A stretch of 64,000 nt of DNA from positions 70,124,001-70,188,000 of the forward strand of contig NC_045697.1 in the NCBI RefSeq assembly GCF_009834535.1. The letters run 5' to 3'. A model generated the notes under the pieces. It saw only the letters and a program-made list of their open reading frames with translations, had not been told where the DNA came from and searched no databases. Position numbers and translations under genes: made by a program. Positions 60,901-64,000 of the stretch are shown one piece after another. The DNA is from Camelus ferus (taxonomy: Eukaryota). Numbering within the stretch: the stretch's first letter is position 1; every line of letters begins with the position of its first letter.

Positions 60901-61139
60901 TACGTGGGGTCACATCGCTAATATGTTAGAAGTCGTTGGCACAGAAGGACTCATCGCTGAGGACATGAGTGGAGACAAAGGCATGCTCTCTCGCAAAATT
61001 TTCACTAATACTGCATGGGTGTTTGTGATCCACGTTAGCTGCCTACCAGCATTCCTTTTCACTTGGCATTTCCTAGTGGCAAAAAGATTTCTTACTGCAC
61101 TTAATTCTAAAAACATCACCTTTCTAATGCAGCTGGGAG

Positions 61140-61660
61140 AGACATGGCAGAACAGCAGGGGAAGATGATTTACTTGGAGGCTTTAATCTACAGCAGGTTC
61201 AATGTGAATCAGCAGTGTGATGCAACTGTCAAGGAAAGAATGCAATCTTGGGTTGCTTGCAGTGTAACTGTCAGCTGGAATAGGGCGATCCTATGCGGCT
61301 TTGATTTGCACGTCAGATCTTACCTTTAAGATAGATGTTGAAAATTTAGAAGGTATTCAGACGAGATAAGGTCTTTGGATGATCAAGGGACTGAAAGTCT
61401 GTTATAAAAGAAGTTGAAGATGATGGAAACAAAAGAGAGTACATTCTAAATGCTTTAACTATTTGTGTAACAATTATCTCTATAACTTCAAGAGGTAACT
61501 CTGAGACCATCTGTTGAAAGCTGTACAGCAGGAAACAGTAACTTGATGTAGACAAGAGTTTTCTAGCCATCAATCATGGAAGGATGGAATGGGCTTGCCT
61601 GTACAAGTAGTGAGTTCCCCATCATTAGCAAAATGTAAACAAAGATTAGCTAAGAGTCTT
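61140..61660 (+). mobile_element. CR1/L3 LINE fragment
   Basis: ORF 61144 (LEALIYSRFNVNQQCDAT) resembles the CR1 RT motif LGVLVD..LNMSQQCDA; 3' motif ATGGAATGGGCTTGCCT..GTAGTGAGTTCCCCATCA. Confidence 0.75.
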
Positions 61661-62297
61661 CTCAGGGTTCAGACTTTATTCACATACTGTACAAAGATTA
61701 GAAATATAAACCAAGCTGATGGTTGTGATTTTCTCTGCAATGAGGGATTATATGTGGCTTTTATTTGCTAAGTTAAATGTTTTTAATTGTTTAACTTAAA
61801 AAAAAAATAAAAAGCACATATGACTTTAATAATCACCAGAGATGAGTTTGCTGTGAAGCCAATGAAACTTCAGCTTTGGGGCCTCTGCCTTGCACAGACC
61901 CTAGTGATGTGGTTAAAATAAATGTGGTCAACTCGAAGAGCATTTAAGATTAGTCCCTGAACATGAAAATTTCAAATGCCCTGAAATCTTACAGTTCATT
62001 TATGAAAGCAGTTTGACAGAGGTTCTCAAATTTTCCAACAATCTGAAAGACTTTATTATCAGTATCACATTGTAAAATTCAAAATAATTTTTGTCTCAAA
62101 GTAATTCTAGGTGAAATACTGAATTCTTATTCTATATAGAAAATTATGTAATAAAATTGTTTTTAGATAAAGAAATAACCAAAGATAATACAGCCAAAAA
62201 TGTACAGGAAAAATGATAGGGGTGTATTAAACAGTTAATTAATGAACAGAAGCTTTATTCCTTGGTTTTGTAATGTTTGTGATATTTGTCAGCTTTT

Positions 62298-63844
62298 TTT
62301 TTATTTTTTAAATTTGAGATATAATAGACATCTAGCATTATATTAGTTTCAGGTGTACAACATAATGATTTGATATTTGTATACATTGTGAAATGATCGC
62401 TACAATAATTCCAGTTAACGTCCATCACCATACATAGTTAACAAAACTTCTCTTTTATTATGATGAGAACTTTTGATCCACTCTCCTAGCTACTTTCAAA
62501 TAAGCAATACAGTATTATTAACTGTAGTCACTGTGCTGTACATTATATCCCCAGGACTTAGTCATTTTATAGCTGGAAATCTGTACCTTTTGACACTCTT
62601 TCTCCATTTCATTCCCTGCCCCCTAACTCAGGCAACCACCAACCTGTTCTCTGTATCCATGAGCTTGGTATTTTTGGTTTTTGGGTTGTTTTATTTTTAT
62701 GTATTTATTATTTTTCATAGTTAAATCTTAGTGAATTTTTATTCCTTTTTAACTGAAATAGAGTTGACATACAATATTATGTTAGTTTCAGGTGTACTAC
62801 ATGGTGACTTGACATTTGCATTCATTATGAAATGACCACCATGGTAAGTCTCATAACCATCTGTCCTCATACAGTCATTGCAATATTATGGACCATACTC
62901 CTTATGCTGTATATTACACCCCTGTAGCTTATTTATTTTATAACTGAAGGTTCATACCTCTTAATCTCCTTCACCTATCTCACATACAATCCCCTGCTCT
63001 CTGGCAGCCATCCATTTATTTTCTGTATCTATGAGTCTGGTTTAGTTTAGTATTTTCTGTATCTATGAGTCTGGTTTAGTTTAGTTTTGTTTATTCATTT
63101 GTTTGATTGTTTAGATTCCTCATATAAGTGAGATCATATGGTATTTATCTTTTTTATCTGACTTACTTCATTTGGCATAATGCCCTCAGGGCACAACAAT
63201 GTTGTTGAAAATGGCAAGATTTCATTCTTTTTTATAGCTGTGTCATATTCCACTATATATATAGCAGAATATAATTATTCAGCCATGAAATATTTTCCTT
63301 ATCCATTCATACATCAATGGACATTTAGGTTGTTTACACATCTTGGCTACTGTAAATAATGTTGCAATGAACATGGGGTGCATATATCTTTTCTAATTAG
63401 TATTTTAGTTTTACTTGGATAAGTACTCAGGAGTAGAATTGCTGGGTCATATGGTAGTTCTATTTCTAATTTTTTGAAAAACCTCCATCCTGTTTTATAT
63501 AGCGATTGCACGAATTTACATTCCCACCAACATTTTTTCCGTGTCCTCACCAACATCCGTTATTTCTTGTCTGTTTGATAATAGCCATTCTCATTGTGGT
63601 TTTGATTTGCATTTCCCTGATAATTAGTGATGTTGAGCATCTTTTCCTGTATCAGTTGGCCATCTGTTTATCTTCTTTAAAAGATGTCTATTCAGATCTT
63701 ATGCTCATATTTTAATTGAACTGTTTGTTTTTTTGCTATTGAGTTGTATAAGTTCTTCGTTTATTTTGAATATTAACCCCTTATCAGATACATGATTTAC
63801 AAATGTTTTCTCCCATTCAGTGGGCTGCCTTTTCATTTTGTTGA
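62298..63844 (-). mobile_element. L1 block with two different 3' ends (L1MA9-like and a second subfamily) plus the ORF2 end
   Basis: 3' ends at ~62298 and ~62745; ORF 63347-63556 ([34 protein letters not shown]) is L1 ORF2p; possible TSD TGTCAGCTTTT / TGTTAGCTTTT at 62287-62297 and 63845-63855. Confidence 0.9.
63017..63084. repeat. Perfect 34-bp tandem duplication
   Basis: TATTTTCTGTATCTATGAGTCTGGTTTAGTTTAG x2. Confidence 0.97.
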
Positions 63845-64000
63845 TGTTAGCTTTTAAAATTTATAATCTATTGTGATTTCTCACTCTAAGTAATCATTCT
63901 TTTTCTTTTTTTGGTAAGTTTATATTAATTTTCTTAAAGAGACTTCCAAATTTTACAAGCTTCAAACCCCTTAAATTTTGACTTTTCCATCTAACAAGCA

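Larger units (their letters stand above)
61838..63985 (+). mobile_element. MER115/Zaphod-like hAT-Tip100 remnant split by L1
   Basis: Left end TTTGCTGTGAAGCCAATGAAACTTCAGCTTTGGGGCC; right end ACAAGCTTCAAACCCC; sequence continuous across the L1 block. Confidence 0.65.

Overview
Mammalian non-coding DNA (intergenic or deep intronic), most likely camelid: it carries seven copies of a tRNA-derived SINE resembling the camelid vic-1 family, plus cetartiodactyl-type L1 3' ends. No protein-coding gene or credible coding exon is visible; the only ORFs resembling real proteins are decayed L1 ORF2 and CR1 fragments. The window is a mosaic of interspersed repeats (L1, L2, CR1/L3, MIR, MLT1/MLT2/LTR33/MER90/MER34-like LTRs, hAT and Tc1/mariner MITEs), many nested and many with readable target-site duplications (TSDs). 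Best-supported unusual structures: an L1 3' transduction of 147 bp with its own poly(A) signal inside a perfect 16-bp TSD (23271-23735); a full-length U6 snRNA/L1 chimeric retrocopy inside an LTR (27676-28201); a head-to-head inverted SINE pair 31 bp apart (14185-14472); two pairs of independent L1 copies truncated at nearly the same point; and a near-consensus CTCF motif (40001-40015). These are instances of known mechanisms; I found no convincing new biological system. Repeat family names are from recalled consensus sequences and need RepeatMasker/Dfam confirmation; boundaries without TSDs are approximate.
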